Source: Candidatus Peribacteria bacterium RIFCSPHIGHO2_01_FULL_51_35
GTDB lineage: Bacteria; Patescibacteriota; Gracilibacteria; Peribacterales; Peribacteraceae
NCBI GenBank assembly: GCA_001787535.1
Contig: MFXP01000015.1
Location: 22,549-86,548 of the forward strand
Direction of reading: 5' to 3'
DNA: 64,000 nt
Position numbers and translations under genes: made by a program. Under the pieces are notes generated by a model that had not been told where the DNA came from, ran no database searches, and saw only the letters and a program-made list of their open reading frames with translations. Positions 18,758 through 28,540 of the stretch are shown here, piece by piece. Position 1 is the stretch's first letter; the number at the start of each line of letters is the position of its first letter.

Positions 18758-19567
18758 ATGCATCTTGCAAAAAGATGCAAGACACAAGACACAAGATACA
18801 AACGATTATTTCTTGCGTCTTGTATCTTGTGTCTTAACGTTGGAGTAGTTGCAATAGCCATCGGCACATTTGCAATAATGCATTCGAATGCGAATGCTCA
18901 AAACACCGATCGTGCGGAACCCGTGCTGGCCGCATGTTCCGGCTCCTCCATCGTATTTCCCAAGAATCGTTTCATCTTCCTCACGAATCCCGTGGAACGC
19001 TTGCGCAGGGACTACCACGCAACCGTGGAAAAAGTCATCACCGCGCACATGGAAGAGCGCACGATTGTCTGCACGGAAGGCGTGCGCGAAGTGCCTACAG
19101 AGGCATTGAATGATCTTGCAGAGAGACTGCCGCCGTGGCGTTCTCCCATTCGCTCCGCCGGTCTTCGTGAATCCGATATCAGCGCCGTGCTGCTGGAATA
19201 CGTGCGCGTCTATGAATGCGCCCTGAAGGAACATGAGTATTTCGGCGCAACGCGCGTCGCGAAGGATACGGAAGATGGCGCGGGCATCTTCAATATCTTC
19301 AGGTTCTTGAATACGTCCGCCGAGCGCACGGATTTGATCCGTAAAGAATTGATCTTCGCTCGGCGCGCACTGGAACGCACGCTTGCGCTCCTCGGCGGCA
19401 TGGATCGCTTGCGCCCGGTGGATGCGAGCTTGGAATGTTTACAGCTCTCATCCTTTGAGATTCGAAACCTCGTTGCTCTCGCAGCGGACGCGGCGTCCTG
19501 CATACCGCGCGCACTGGATGCAAAAACCTCCCTCCGCGACATCTCCGCAGATCCTCCCGTAGAATGA
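18758..19567 (+). CDS. secreted/membrane-anchored protein 3 (unknown function; start uncertain)
   Basis: In-frame ATG at 18758 gives MHLAKRCKTQDTRYKRLFLASCILCLNVGVVAIAIGTFAIMHSNANA, which is signal-like but encoded by the arms of a word hairpin. The alternative ATG at 18879 would lack a signal. Confidence 0.55.
   Translation: MHLAKRCKTQDTRYKRLFLASCILCLNVGVVAIAIGTFAIMHSNANAQNTDRAEPVLAACSGSSIVFPKNRFIFLTNPVERLRRDYHATVEKVITAHMEERTIVCTEGVREVPTEALNDLAERLPPWRSPIRSAGLRESDISAVLLEYVRVYECALKEHEYFGATRVAKDTEDGAGIFNIFRFLNTSAERTDLIRKELIFARRALERTLALLGGMDRLRPVDASLECLQLSSFEIRNLVALAADAASCIPRALDAKTSLRDISADPPVE
18786..18835. repeat. AAGAC-word hairpin between or overlapping operon genes 2 and 3
   Basis: AGACACAAGATACA pairs with TGTATCTTGTGTCT around a ~20-nt loop. 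It uses the same word family as 10794-10856 and the arms flanking 37193-37558. Confidence 0.85.
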
Positions 19568-22023
19568 AACGCCTGCTTGCCACCGTCGGCATCTTTACGC
19601 TGCTGCCATCCTCTGCGTTGGCAGCTGCTCCGTCTCTGTACGATGCCGCGCAGGAAATGGTCAGGAAGGAATTGATGTTGGATGAAAACTTGGAGCCGCA
19701 CGCGGATGAAGACGTCGCACGTTTCGCATCGGAACTGATTCCGAAAGGAGATCCTCCGTGGAAGAAAGAAGAGATGGATGACGTGCTGCGAAAAAAATTC
19801 GAGACGCTCTGCGGCAAAACACCCGATCATCCCTCCGTGGATATCGGCCGCTGCGCGGAATTAATGGAAAATGTGACGAACACGATGCGCAAGGAAGAGA
19901 CACTCCGCGCGCTTGGACGCGAACTCCAAGGTATTGCGAGCAGCTACGAACTCGCCATCGACGGGTACCCCGGCAGGGAAACGACACTCCCTTCACGGTA
20001 TGCAAGTTTGACACTGCTCTGGCAAGCGGGGCAGAAGAAGGGCGATGAACCGGGCAAGACGCGCATCCGCATGTTCACGCTGCCGAAGGACGATGCTTGG
20101 AAGAAAAACGTGAGTGCCATCGAAGACATGGTCGGACAGCTCTCGGGCGAGGAACGCACGGGCGCCGTCTGGCGCTATCAACATGGTGTGCGCTACGTCC
20201 AAGGCAAGCGCGGGGATTTTCCGCTCCCGAAAGAGACTGACCCCGCCGTCAACGGCCCCGGCACCGAACGTCAGTATCTTTCCAAGCGATGGGATGGGAC
20301 CACGGATGAGCATAACCTTGAAGCGGTGCTCACGACGGCATGGGAGACGTTGCTCACACATCTCGCAACAATGGACGCGCCGCTCCAACGAGGAGATGTG
20401 GTCTTCTTCCCCGCGATTCCATTGGGAGATGTCATCGGGTGGGCGTACGTCGAAACGTGCAAGGACGCAAAGAATCAAACATTCAACTGCGTCTTGGCGC
20501 GTGTCGGCAATGCGCAAATCGCCGTGACGGGAGACATTGGTCTACAGTGGAGTACGCCGTTGGATCCCGTTCAACCGGGACTGATTACAGATCCCGAGAG
20601 TGCGTGTGAGGAAGGGGATCCTGACTGTCCCGCCATTCTCGGTGGGCTGTATCCGCCGCCGCCCGAAGACGGCTCCGGTCTCTGCACGTTCCCGTTTGCC
20701 AGAGCCGGCTACCTCTGCCGTCCCCTGGAAGGAGAAAATGTGAAAGCCTGCGAGAATGCGATTGAACGCACTGCCGCGGACGAAGACAAGATTATCCTGA
20801 CGGAATGCATCTCCGGCGTCCGGCACGAAACCGAGCAAGGACCCAATGTCTGCCGCGATGTCCTGTGGCAATCCTCGCCGACCACGGCTGCCTGCGAAGC
20901 GAGTGATGTGGAAATCTCCTGCGGCCCCTGCGAGAGCATCGCATTCGCTTCCAAGCGCGAAGCGGGGCACGTGAAAGTCTGTCTGCAGGATAACTTCCTG
21001 CACAAAGGTGAGCCCGTCGACGCAAAGTACTTCCTGATGCACGAACTGGTGCATGCACAGGAACTCGTGACGCGCGAGACGCTCTTCTATGCCAACGCCG
21101 CGCAGTGCTGCGCCAAGGAGAAGGAAGCGAACCGCTTCATGTGCGAAGCCATGCAGAAGGACGGCGTGTTCGAGGGAACGTCCATGACCGCGGAAACGTG
21201 TGCGCAGACCACGACGAACGGAAGCTGTGTCGGCTTCGGCGAAAACGTCTGCTTCCCGAAGACGCCGGATTCGTTCTCTGTGATTCTCGATCAACTGCAA
21301 AAAACGGACGATGTGAAAGGATGCACGCCGGGCGTGCCGCCCGATCTTTCTGACCCGCGCATCCAGGCTCTCCTCCACGGCACGCGACAACTGAGTCGGG
21401 CGCAATGTGAGACGACGTACGCAAACACCATCGGCAACAACATGTGCTACATCGGCCAGATGATGGAAGAGAGCATGGAACAGCATCGACTCATTCCCGG
21501 ACGCACGCCATTTACGACGGGAGATGAACAGTATCCGTGGGATGCCTGCGCTACGCCGGATCCCATGCTCGCAACGTTCATGACCCCGCCACCGCGCACG
21601 CTCTCTGTCCTGCCCGTGTATAACCCGGCCGCCCTGATTAAGGAATTCGATGAAGCACTCTGCCAACTCAACGGACTTCCCGCGCACAGTCTCCCCGTGG
21701 AATGTGCGACGGATGCCAGCAGACGACTTTCCGCCATTCTTTCAGACTATCTGCAGAACGCAACGTCGCTCATCGACCAGGCTGCCGACCAAGAGAGCAC
21801 CGTCGATCGCTTGCAAGCGCTCTCGACAAGCGTCGGCACGCGTCTCGGCACCATGTTCTACGTTCGCTACTTGAAACAAGCCAGTCGCGCCCTCACTGAA
21901 GTGACGCAGACGGCAAGCGAACTCCTGGAAGACTTGAGCGGCGTCACCTTCACACAAGATTCCTGCCCGCGCAATGGAGCAACCAACAAGTTGATTGATC
22001 ATCCGTCGTGTCCCGTCCTATGA
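19564..22023 (+). CDS. secreted Cys-rich protein 4 with an HExxH (zincin-like) motif (819 aa)
   Basis: MKRLLATVGIFTLLPSSALAAAPS signal-like N-terminus. FLMHELVHAQE at nt 21040-21054. ATGA overlaps on both sides. Confidence 0.7.
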   Translation: MKRLLATVGIFTLLPSSALAAAPSLYDAAQEMVRKELMLDENLEPHADEDVARFASELIPKGDPPWKKEEMDDVLRKKFETLCGKTPDHPSVDIGRCAELMENVTNTMRKEETLRALGRELQGIASSYELAIDGYPGRETTLPSRYASLTLLWQAGQKKGDEPGKTRIRMFTLPKDDAWKKNVSAIEDMVGQLSGEERTGAVWRYQHGVRYVQGKRGDFPLPKETDPAVNGPGTERQYLSKRWDGTTDEHNLEAVLTTAWETLLTHLATMDAPLQRGDVVFFPAIPLGDVIGWAYVETCKDAKNQTFNCVLARVGNAQIAVTGDIGLQWSTPLDPVQPGLITDPESACEEGDPDCPAILGGLYPPPPEDGSGLCTFPFARAGYLCRPLEGENVKACENAIERTAADEDKIILTECISGVRHETEQGPNVCRDVLWQSSPTTAACEASDVEISCGPCESIAFASKREAGHVKVCLQDNFLHKGEPVDAKYFLMHELVHAQELVTRETLFYANAAQCCAKEKEANRFMCEAMQKDGVFEGTSMTAETCAQTTTNGSCVGFGENVCFPKTPDSFSVILDQLQKTDDVKGCTPGVPPDLSDPRIQALLHGTRQLSRAQCETTYANTIGNNMCYIGQMMEESMEQHRLIPGRTPFTTGDEQYPWDACATPDPMLATFMTPPPRTLSVLPVYNPAALIKEFDEALCQLNGLPAHSLPVECATDASRRLSAILSDYLQNATSLIDQAADQESTVDRLQALSTSVGTRLGTMFYVRYLKQASRALTEVTQTASELLEDLSGVTFTQDSCPRNGATNKLIDHPSCPVL

Positions 22024-23396
22024 AGCGTCTTGCTTTCGTCATCGGCTTCGTTCTTCTGCTCGCTCCAAACGTGACGCATGCGCAATCCGCAGTGAGTCCG
22101 TACATGCAACGCGTCATCACGCGTGCGGAAGCAGGCATCGCGTTTGCGAAGGAGAGCGGCTCCTTGGAGGCGGCCGTTACATTTTTCCTTCCGTCTTTCC
22201 GGCCGTTCATGGAAATGGCAGGCTCCACCGTGCTCGGCCTCATCGATACGAAGCAGCGCATCATCGCGATGGAAAAGGATCTCACCGAAAATACCGCCTG
22301 TCTGCACATCGATCTCTTCCTGCTGGAAATGGAGATCAAGCGTGTGCAGGAAGCCGTGAATGACGAAGCGAAGAAAGGAAACGTGCTCGGCGTCCTGCGG
22401 CTCCAAGACATCCTCCTCTTCTTGGACGAGCGACTGGACATCGTGCTCCGTGGAAGCAGAGATCCCACGATTCAGGATGGAACGTGGACAAAGAAACGCA
22501 TGTTCGACCGTCCGGGAACGGATACGGCCGGATCCATCTGTCCATTCCACACCGATTACCTCCCTCCGAGCATCGCCTCGGGGTACGGCTGCGATGCCGA
22601 GAAACTCCAATCCATTGTCGAAGCGTTGGAATCACCGCTGAAGGAAACCGTTGTCGCGGAAACCTTGGCTGCAACGGACATTGCGTCGGTGCTCAGAAAA
22701 TACGTACAGGAAGCCCAAGCGCTCCTCTCACTGGAGCAACGTATCAATCGGCTTTTGGGACGCTCGACAGACACTATCGTCTCTTCCACGGAAATTCCCG
22801 CACATCGCACCGTGACAGGATGCCCTGTGGAGTGGCCGGAGGATGCGGACAGAAACAAGGATAGTTGGCCGGATGACGCGCTGGCATGGGAACTTCGCCA
22901 TATGCGTTTTGAACGTGATGAGCGAAAAATCATGCATGCGTTCCAGGAACTCCGCGTGACGCAATCTGCCGCACGTCCCGTATCCGACGCGTTCCGGAGT
23001 GAATCACAAAATCCTCTGGAAGACACATTGAACGCCCAAGGCGCGCGCACATTCTCCGCCTTCAGCAGGAAACAAGGACTTCGCGAGAGTGAAATCTTTG
23101 CGCAATCGGCGGACACGCACCTTGCGATTTCGGATTCCATCGGCACGTTGAAAAAATCCATCGGCGTCATTGCGCAGCTCGCCAAGAACCGAGACAAGCT
23201 CCGCGGGTTCGTCCGCGACTTCGCCTATTACCTGCGCCGCACGTGCATCGACCGTCCGTGCAACGCACGTTTGGATCAAATCCTCAAAATCGTCTTCCAG
23301 GATGACTGCTTCCCCTACACGAACGGCGAATACTTGGATGGCAAGAGTTACGAGCAGTGCAAAGCGGCTGCGGGGCTGGAGGAGGTGAAGCCTTAA
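22020..23396 (+). CDS. secreted protein 5 (458 aa, unknown function)
   Basis: MKRLAFVIGFVLLLAPNVTHA signal-like N-terminus. ATG 22020 overlaps the upstream TGA. Confidence 0.7.
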   Translation: MKRLAFVIGFVLLLAPNVTHAQSAVSPYMQRVITRAEAGIAFAKESGSLEAAVTFFLPSFRPFMEMAGSTVLGLIDTKQRIIAMEKDLTENTACLHIDLFLLEMEIKRVQEAVNDEAKKGNVLGVLRLQDILLFLDERLDIVLRGSRDPTIQDGTWTKKRMFDRPGTDTAGSICPFHTDYLPPSIASGYGCDAEKLQSIVEALESPLKETVVAETLAATDIASVLRKYVQEAQALLSLEQRINRLLGRSTDTIVSSTEIPAHRTVTGCPVEWPEDADRNKDSWPDDALAWELRHMRFERDERKIMHAFQELRVTQSAARPVSDAFRSESQNPLEDTLNAQGARTFSAFSRKQGLRESEIFAQSADTHLAISDSIGTLKKSIGVIAQLAKNRDKLRGFVRDFAYYLRRTCIDRPCNARLDQILKIVFQDDCFPYTNGEYLDGKSYEQCKAAAGLEEVKP

Positions 23397-23400
23397 AGCA

Positions 23401-23697
23401 CTACAGCACGCTGTTTGTCTTTTCCATTAATTCGCAAAAATCTTTATGGTCTTTATCGAAACCAAACAGGCCATGTTTTTCGCCATAGTATGCGTTATGT
23501 AATTCCTGAGCCGTTGCCCGTATTGTAGCGAGAATCTCCGAATCGATAACTGCTTCCTTTTTCAGGACGTTTCTTCGGACAAACTGATGAACAGCCCTCA
23601 TTCCGAAGATGATATCGGGATCAGCATTTTTTTCCTTTCTTTGGGCCAGCAAGGAATCCCATATATTTTGAACGGTCATTTCAGGGCTTTTTGCCAT
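23401..23697 (-). CDS. hypothetical protein
   Basis: The internal Met of ORF 23401-23994 is chosen so the gene does not overlap the dnaE start. A+T-richer patch. Confidence 0.3.
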   Translation of the reverse strand: MAKSPEMTVQNIWDSLLAQRKEKNADPDIIFGMRAVHQFVRRNVLKKEAVIDSEILATIRATAQELHNAYYGEKHGLFGFDKDHKDFCELMEKTNSVL

Positions 23698-23829
23698 AAA
23701 AAGAAGGAGAACAAGAAAAGGTGGAATCGTAATTTGATAGGAACAAGGAGTCAATATATTGCAAAACAGATGCCTTATTTCCCCTAAGACATGCGAATCC
23801 AGACCTTTTTCGTATGCTATCCTCTTTCT

Positions 23830-26800
23830 ATGAAACCCGAGGACTTTGTCCATCTCCACTGCCACTCCACCTACTCGCTGCTGGAAGCTCTCCCGAGTCC
23901 GGCGGAGATTGTTGCGCGTGCGAAGGAGCTCAAACAAACCGCAGTCGGCATCGCGGATAAAGGATACGGATACGGACTCATCGAGTTCTATCAAGCCGCC
24001 GAGAAAGAAGGAATGAAACCGATTCTCGGAATGGATGTGTATGTCGCAGCGCGCAAGCGCACGGATAAAGAGAGCGGCGTGGATACGAAACGGTTCCCGC
24101 TGACGCTGTTCGCGGAAACACAGGAGGGTTACGAAAATTTATTGAAGCTTGCGACACTCGCGGCGTTGGAAGGCATGTACTACAAGCCGCGTGTGGACGG
24201 CGAACTCCTTTCCAAATACGGAAAAGGATTGATCGCACTCACGGGGCCCATCAGTGGAGCCATTCCGCAGGCGGCATTGGCGGAAGATGGAAAGAGGATC
24301 CAGGCGCTCACGGAAGAATATCAATCGTACTTCGGAAAAAAGAATGTGTACTTTGAATTGATGGACTTGCCGAACGTCACGGGACAGGCGGAAGTGAATC
24401 AGCAGCTCATCAAATACGCGAAGGAGCTGAATGTGCCGCTCGTCGCGACGTGCAACAGTCACTACTGCCGCACGGAAGATTCGGAAGCGCATGACGTACT
24501 CCTCTGCATCCAAAAAAATGCGAATGTCAGTGATCCCGGAAGATTTTCCATGCGCGATTCGGATTTCTCCATGCGCCCGTTCGAAGAAATGGAGGAAGCA
24601 TTCGCGCACGTGCCGGAAGCAATGGCAAATACGCGCGTGATTGCGGACAGGTGCACTGTTTCTTTTCAGTTCGGCAAGAATCAGTTGCTGAAATTCCCCG
24701 TGCCAAACAAAGAATCGGAAGATGTCTACCTCACACGTTTGTGTGAAGAAGGATTCCGCGATCGATATCCTTCGCCGACCAAGGAACATACTGATCGATT
24801 GGCATATGAGTTGGATATTGTGAAGCAAACGGGTTTTGCCGGATACTTCTTAATCGTCGCGGACTTCATTAATGAAGCGAAACGACGCGGTATTGCCGTC
24901 GGCCCCGGACGCGGCTCCGCTGCAGGATCCATCGTGAGCTACAGCCTTGGCATCACGACGTTGGATCCTCTGGCGCACGGGCTTCTGTTCGAACGCTTCT
25001 TGAATCCGGAACGCATCACCATGCCGGACTTTGATATCGACTTTGCCGACACGCGACGCGATGAAGTACTCAACTACGTGCGCGAAAAATACGGCCGTGA
25101 CCGTGTCATCCAGATCTGCACATTTGGAACACTCGCTGCACGCGCTGCGGTGAAAGATGTGGGGCGCGCGTACGGCGTGCCGTTTTTAGAGATGAACAAC
25201 TTGGCAAAATTGATTCTGGATCGTCCCGGGACAAAGCTCAAAGACGCGCTTGCCACGGACGAACTCAAGGCTGCGTACGACCAGAACGAGATGTACCGGA
25301 AGATCATCGACACGGCGCTGAAGTTGGAAGGAAAAGCGCGGCACGTGTCCGTGCACGCCTGCGGCGTCATCATCACGGAGAAGCCGGCAGAGAATTACAC
25401 GCCGCTGCAACGTGCACCGAAAGACGACGAGACGATTATCACACAATATTCGGCAAAGCCATTGGAGGCACTGGGGCTCCTGAAGATCGACTTTCTTGGT
25501 CTTATGAACTTAACGGTGATCCAAACCACGCTTTTGATCATCGAGCGTTTGCACGGAACGAAGATCGACCTCGCGAAGATTCCGACGGAGGACAAAGAGA
25601 CGTTTCGGCTGCTGCAGCACGGCGACACGACAGGCGTGTTCCAGTTGGAATCCGTAGGGATGCGCAGGTACTTGAAACAATTGAAGCCGACCGTCTTCGG
25701 CGACATCACGGCGATGGTGTCTCTGTACCGTCCCGGCCCGATGGAGTGGATCCCGAGTTTCATCAAACGCAAGCACGGCACGGAAAAAGTCCGCTATGCG
25801 CATGATGACCTGAAAGCGATCTTGGAACCGACATACGGCATAGGCGTGTACCAAGAACAGGTGCTGCAGATGGCGCAGGTATTCGCCGGATTCTCGCTGG
25901 GCGAAGCCGATCTTCTGCGTCGCGCCATCGGCAAGAAGATCAAAAAGGAACTGATGGCACAGCGGGAGAAATTCATAGCTGGTGCCGTGAAGAAAAAGTA
26001 TTCCAAGGAACTTGCCGAGGAAATTTTCGATGATGTCATCACGCCGTTCGCGGGATACGGTTTCAACAAATCGCATGCGACGGGCTACGCGCGCCTGGCA
26101 TATGAAACGGCGTACTTAAAGGCGCACTACCCGACGGAATTCATGGCGGCGCTCCTCAGCAGCGACGCAGAACGCACCGACCGCGTGATGATCGAAATAG
26201 AGGAATGCCGGGCGATGGGCATCACCGTGTTGCCCCCCGACATCAATGAGTCGCTCCGCCATTTCACTGCGATTGGCGGGACAAAAGAAATTCGTTTCGG
26301 CCTCACTGCCATCAAAGGCATTGGCGACAGCTCCGTGCTCGCCATTATTGCAGCGCGGGAAACGGGCGGACCGTTCACGTCGCTGGAAGATTTTGCTCGC
26401 CGCCTCCCGACAAAGGTTCTCAACAAAAAATTGCTGGAGGCGTTGGCAAAATCCGGCGCACTGGATTCGCTGGGCGAGCGCAGGAAAATCTTGGAGCACT
26501 ACGACGCCATCATTGATTTCAAAAAATCCACAGGTGACACGGACGGCGGGCAAACGGATCTGTTTGGGACGCTGGACGGCGGCATGGCAAAAAGCATGAT
26601 CGAATTTCCGCCGACGTCTGCGGCAAGTCCGCTGGAAAAACTTAAGTGGGAGCGCGAAGCATTGGGCATGTACGTCTCCAGCCACCCGCTGGCCGGACTC
26701 CGGAAGTACGTGGGCAAAAAAGCGCAGCTGGTTGCGAACCTGACGCACAAGGACGCGGGGAAAATCGTCACAATTGCGGGTATAGAGGAAGGGATAAAGA

Positions 26801-27561
26801 AACTGACGACCAAGAAAGGGGAAACCATGGCCATCGTGCAGCTGGAAGATCCGACCGGAAAAATAGAAGTAACACTCTTCCCTCAAACCTACGCGGACGC
26901 GGCACAGATTCTTGGGTTGCCGGACACCGTCCTCGTTGTGAAAGGGACATTGGACGTACGCGCAGGGCAACTCCAAGTGCGTGCCAACGCCATCAAGAAA
27001 GCGTCGCTCGCAACCATGATCCAACATGCGAAGGAGGAAGGATTTTTCGACGAGGAAGAAGCGAAACACGGCCTTGCGATGGTGCGCAGAGACGAGGACA
27101 GCGACACGGTCGATCTGGTCGACGAAGAAGGAAATGTCATCGCAGGAGAAACGGTGAAACTCGGTGGCGCGGCCGAAGACACGAGTGATGAATTTTACGG
27201 ACCACTCGGGAAGTGGATCTTCATGGGCATGAAAACGGACGAAGTACTCAAAATTCTGGGCTTAGGAAAGCCAGAAAAGGAGGATGAGGATTCCGGACGC
27301 GCTCCTGTTGTTTCCGCTGCGCCGAAAACGTCCCCCACGAGCATTTCCATCCATACGATCCCGTTACCGGCACAAGCCCCCAAAAAGCTGCTCCTCGACC
27401 TCAAAAAAGTGCTGGAAACGTTCCCGGGAAAGGAAAAAATACAACTACGGATCGGTGAGCAGCTCATTCCTCTCCCACTAACCGTCAGTATGTCCACAAT
27501 TCTGGAGAAAAAGGTGGAAGAAGTGTTGCAAAAGTACGAGAATGAGAAGGTCGTGTTGTAA
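23830..27561 (+). CDS. dnaE: DNA polymerase III alpha subunit
   Basis: PHP domain start FVHLHCHSTYSLLEA, polymerase core (FERFLNPERITMPDFDIDF) and OB fold; ~1243 aa. Confidence 0.95.
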   Translation: MKPEDFVHLHCHSTYSLLEALPSPAEIVARAKELKQTAVGIADKGYGYGLIEFYQAAEKEGMKPILGMDVYVAARKRTDKESGVDTKRFPLTLFAETQEGYENLLKLATLAALEGMYYKPRVDGELLSKYGKGLIALTGPISGAIPQAALAEDGKRIQALTEEYQSYFGKKNVYFELMDLPNVTGQAEVNQQLIKYAKELNVPLVATCNSHYCRTEDSEAHDVLLCIQKNANVSDPGRFSMRDSDFSMRPFEEMEEAFAHVPEAMANTRVIADRCTVSFQFGKNQLLKFPVPNKESEDVYLTRLCEEGFRDRYPSPTKEHTDRLAYELDIVKQTGFAGYFLIVADFINEAKRRGIAVGPGRGSAAGSIVSYSLGITTLDPLAHGLLFERFLNPERITMPDFDIDFADTRRDEVLNYVREKYGRDRVIQICTFGTLAARAAVKDVGRAYGVPFLEMNNLAKLILDRPGTKLKDALATDELKAAYDQNEMYRKIIDTALKLEGKARHVSVHACGVIITEKPAENYTPLQRAPKDDETIITQYSAKPLEALGLLKIDFLGLMNLTVIQTTLLIIERLHGTKIDLAKIPTEDKETFRLLQHGDTTGVFQLESVGMRRYLKQLKPTVFGDITAMVSLYRPGPMEWIPSFIKRKHGTEKVRYAHDDLKAILEPTYGIGVYQEQVLQMAQVFAGFSLGEADLLRRAIGKKIKKELMAQREKFIAGAVKKKYSKELAEEIFDDVITPFAGYGFNKSHATGYARLAYETAYLKAHYPTEFMAALLSSDAERTDRVMIEIEECRAMGITVLPPDINESLRHFTAIGGTKEIRFGLTAIKGIGDSSVLAIIAARETGGPFTSLEDFARRLPTKVLNKKLLEALAKSGALDSLGERRKILEHYDAIIDFKKSTGDTDGGQTDLFGTLDGGMAKSMIEFPPTSAASPLEKLKWEREALGMYVSSHPLAGLRKYVGKKAQLVANLTHKDAGKIVTIAGIEEGIKKLTTKKGETMAIVQLEDPTGKIEVTLFPQTYADAAQILGLPDTVLVVKGTLDVRAGQLQVRANAIKKASLATMIQHAKEEGFFDEEEAKHGLAMVRRDEDSDTVDLVDEEGNVIAGETVKLGGAAEDTSDEFYGPLGKWIFMGMKTDEVLKILGLGKPEKEDEDSGRAPVVSAAPKTSPTSISIHTIPLPAQAPKKLLLDLKKVLETFPGKEKIQLRIGEQLIPLPLTVSMSTILEKKVEEVLQKYENEKVVL

Positions 27562-27563
27562 AT

Positions 27564-28172
27564 ATGAAGATACTTCCCGCCAATGCACAGGGCATGGAGG
27601 AAGCACTACGCGTCGTTCGGAACGGCGGCCTGGTCGTGCATGCCACGGAGACGTGTTACGGTTTCGCATGTGATCTGACGAATCCGGATGCCGTGGCAAA
27701 GCTCTTTGCCATCAAGCAACGACCGGCACACCAGCCCGTGAGCACCCTTTTCTTTTCCGTAGATGAAGCAAAAAAATGGGTGGCATGGAATAACCGCGCG
27801 GAAGAGTTGGCAAAGGAACATCTCCCCGGTCCGCTCACGATCATTTTGCCGTTGCGGAAAGACGTCATCGGGAAAATTTTTCCAACTGCGACCGTGCCCA
27901 CGCAAACGCTGGGCATCCGCGTCTCTTCTCACCCTGTCGCGCAAGAACTGGCGGAGGAATTCGGCAAACCACTGAGCACCACGTCTGCGAATCTTCATGG
28001 AGAAGAGAATCCGTACAGCATGGAAGATCTTCAAAAACAATTTTCGGATGATGCCGGTTCTGATTTTTTACTTCTCGATTCCGGGACGCTTAAAAAAAAT
28101 CCTCCGTCCACCGTTATTGATCTTTCCGGCGATGAGCAAACATTTAGACGGTTGGGATCGACAAAACCCTGA
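27564..28172 (+). CDS. tsaC: L-threonylcarbamoyladenylate synthase (YrdC/TsaC/Sua5 family)
   Basis: HATETCYGFACD, the RP..QP.. segment and SANLHG motifs; 202 aa. Confidence 0.85.
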   Translation: MKILPANAQGMEEALRVVRNGGLVVHATETCYGFACDLTNPDAVAKLFAIKQRPAHQPVSTLFFSVDEAKKWVAWNNRAEELAKEHLPGPLTIILPLRKDVIGKIFPTATVPTQTLGIRVSSHPVAQELAEEFGKPLSTTSANLHGEENPYSMEDLQKQFSDDAGSDFLLLDSGTLKKNPPSTVIDLSGDEQTFRRLGSTKP

Positions 28173-28540
28173 GAGTTGCTCGCTTCCTGGGCATTCAAAC
28201 TTTTTCGTCGCGAATCCAAGCCAAAAAAATTGATGTGTGTGTCTCAACCCTTGCTTTCCTGAGCACACCTCTCTACAAGCGGCTCAATTTTCCCCAATAA
28301 ATCTTATGGCTACAGCAACAACAGAAAAATTCCCGCAGCAGGATGTCGAACTCACATCCGCTCCGGAATCCACAGATCAAAAAGCTGAGACAGAGAGGCA
28401 AATCGCAATCTCATTGCAGTTGGAGAGATCAGACTCCGCAGCACACCTTGGCAAAACGCTGAAGGGGCTCAATAAGTGATATCTTTCTAAGGGTCAATTT
28501 CGCCAGACATGGACGATTTTTTCCCTTAGAATAGGGCTGA

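Noticed and set aside
28237-28479. 80-aa ORF (or 57 aa from ATG 28307) upstream of nrdR
   Set aside because: No motif, a weak start context and a short length. It is left unannotated as a possible small protein or 5' leader.
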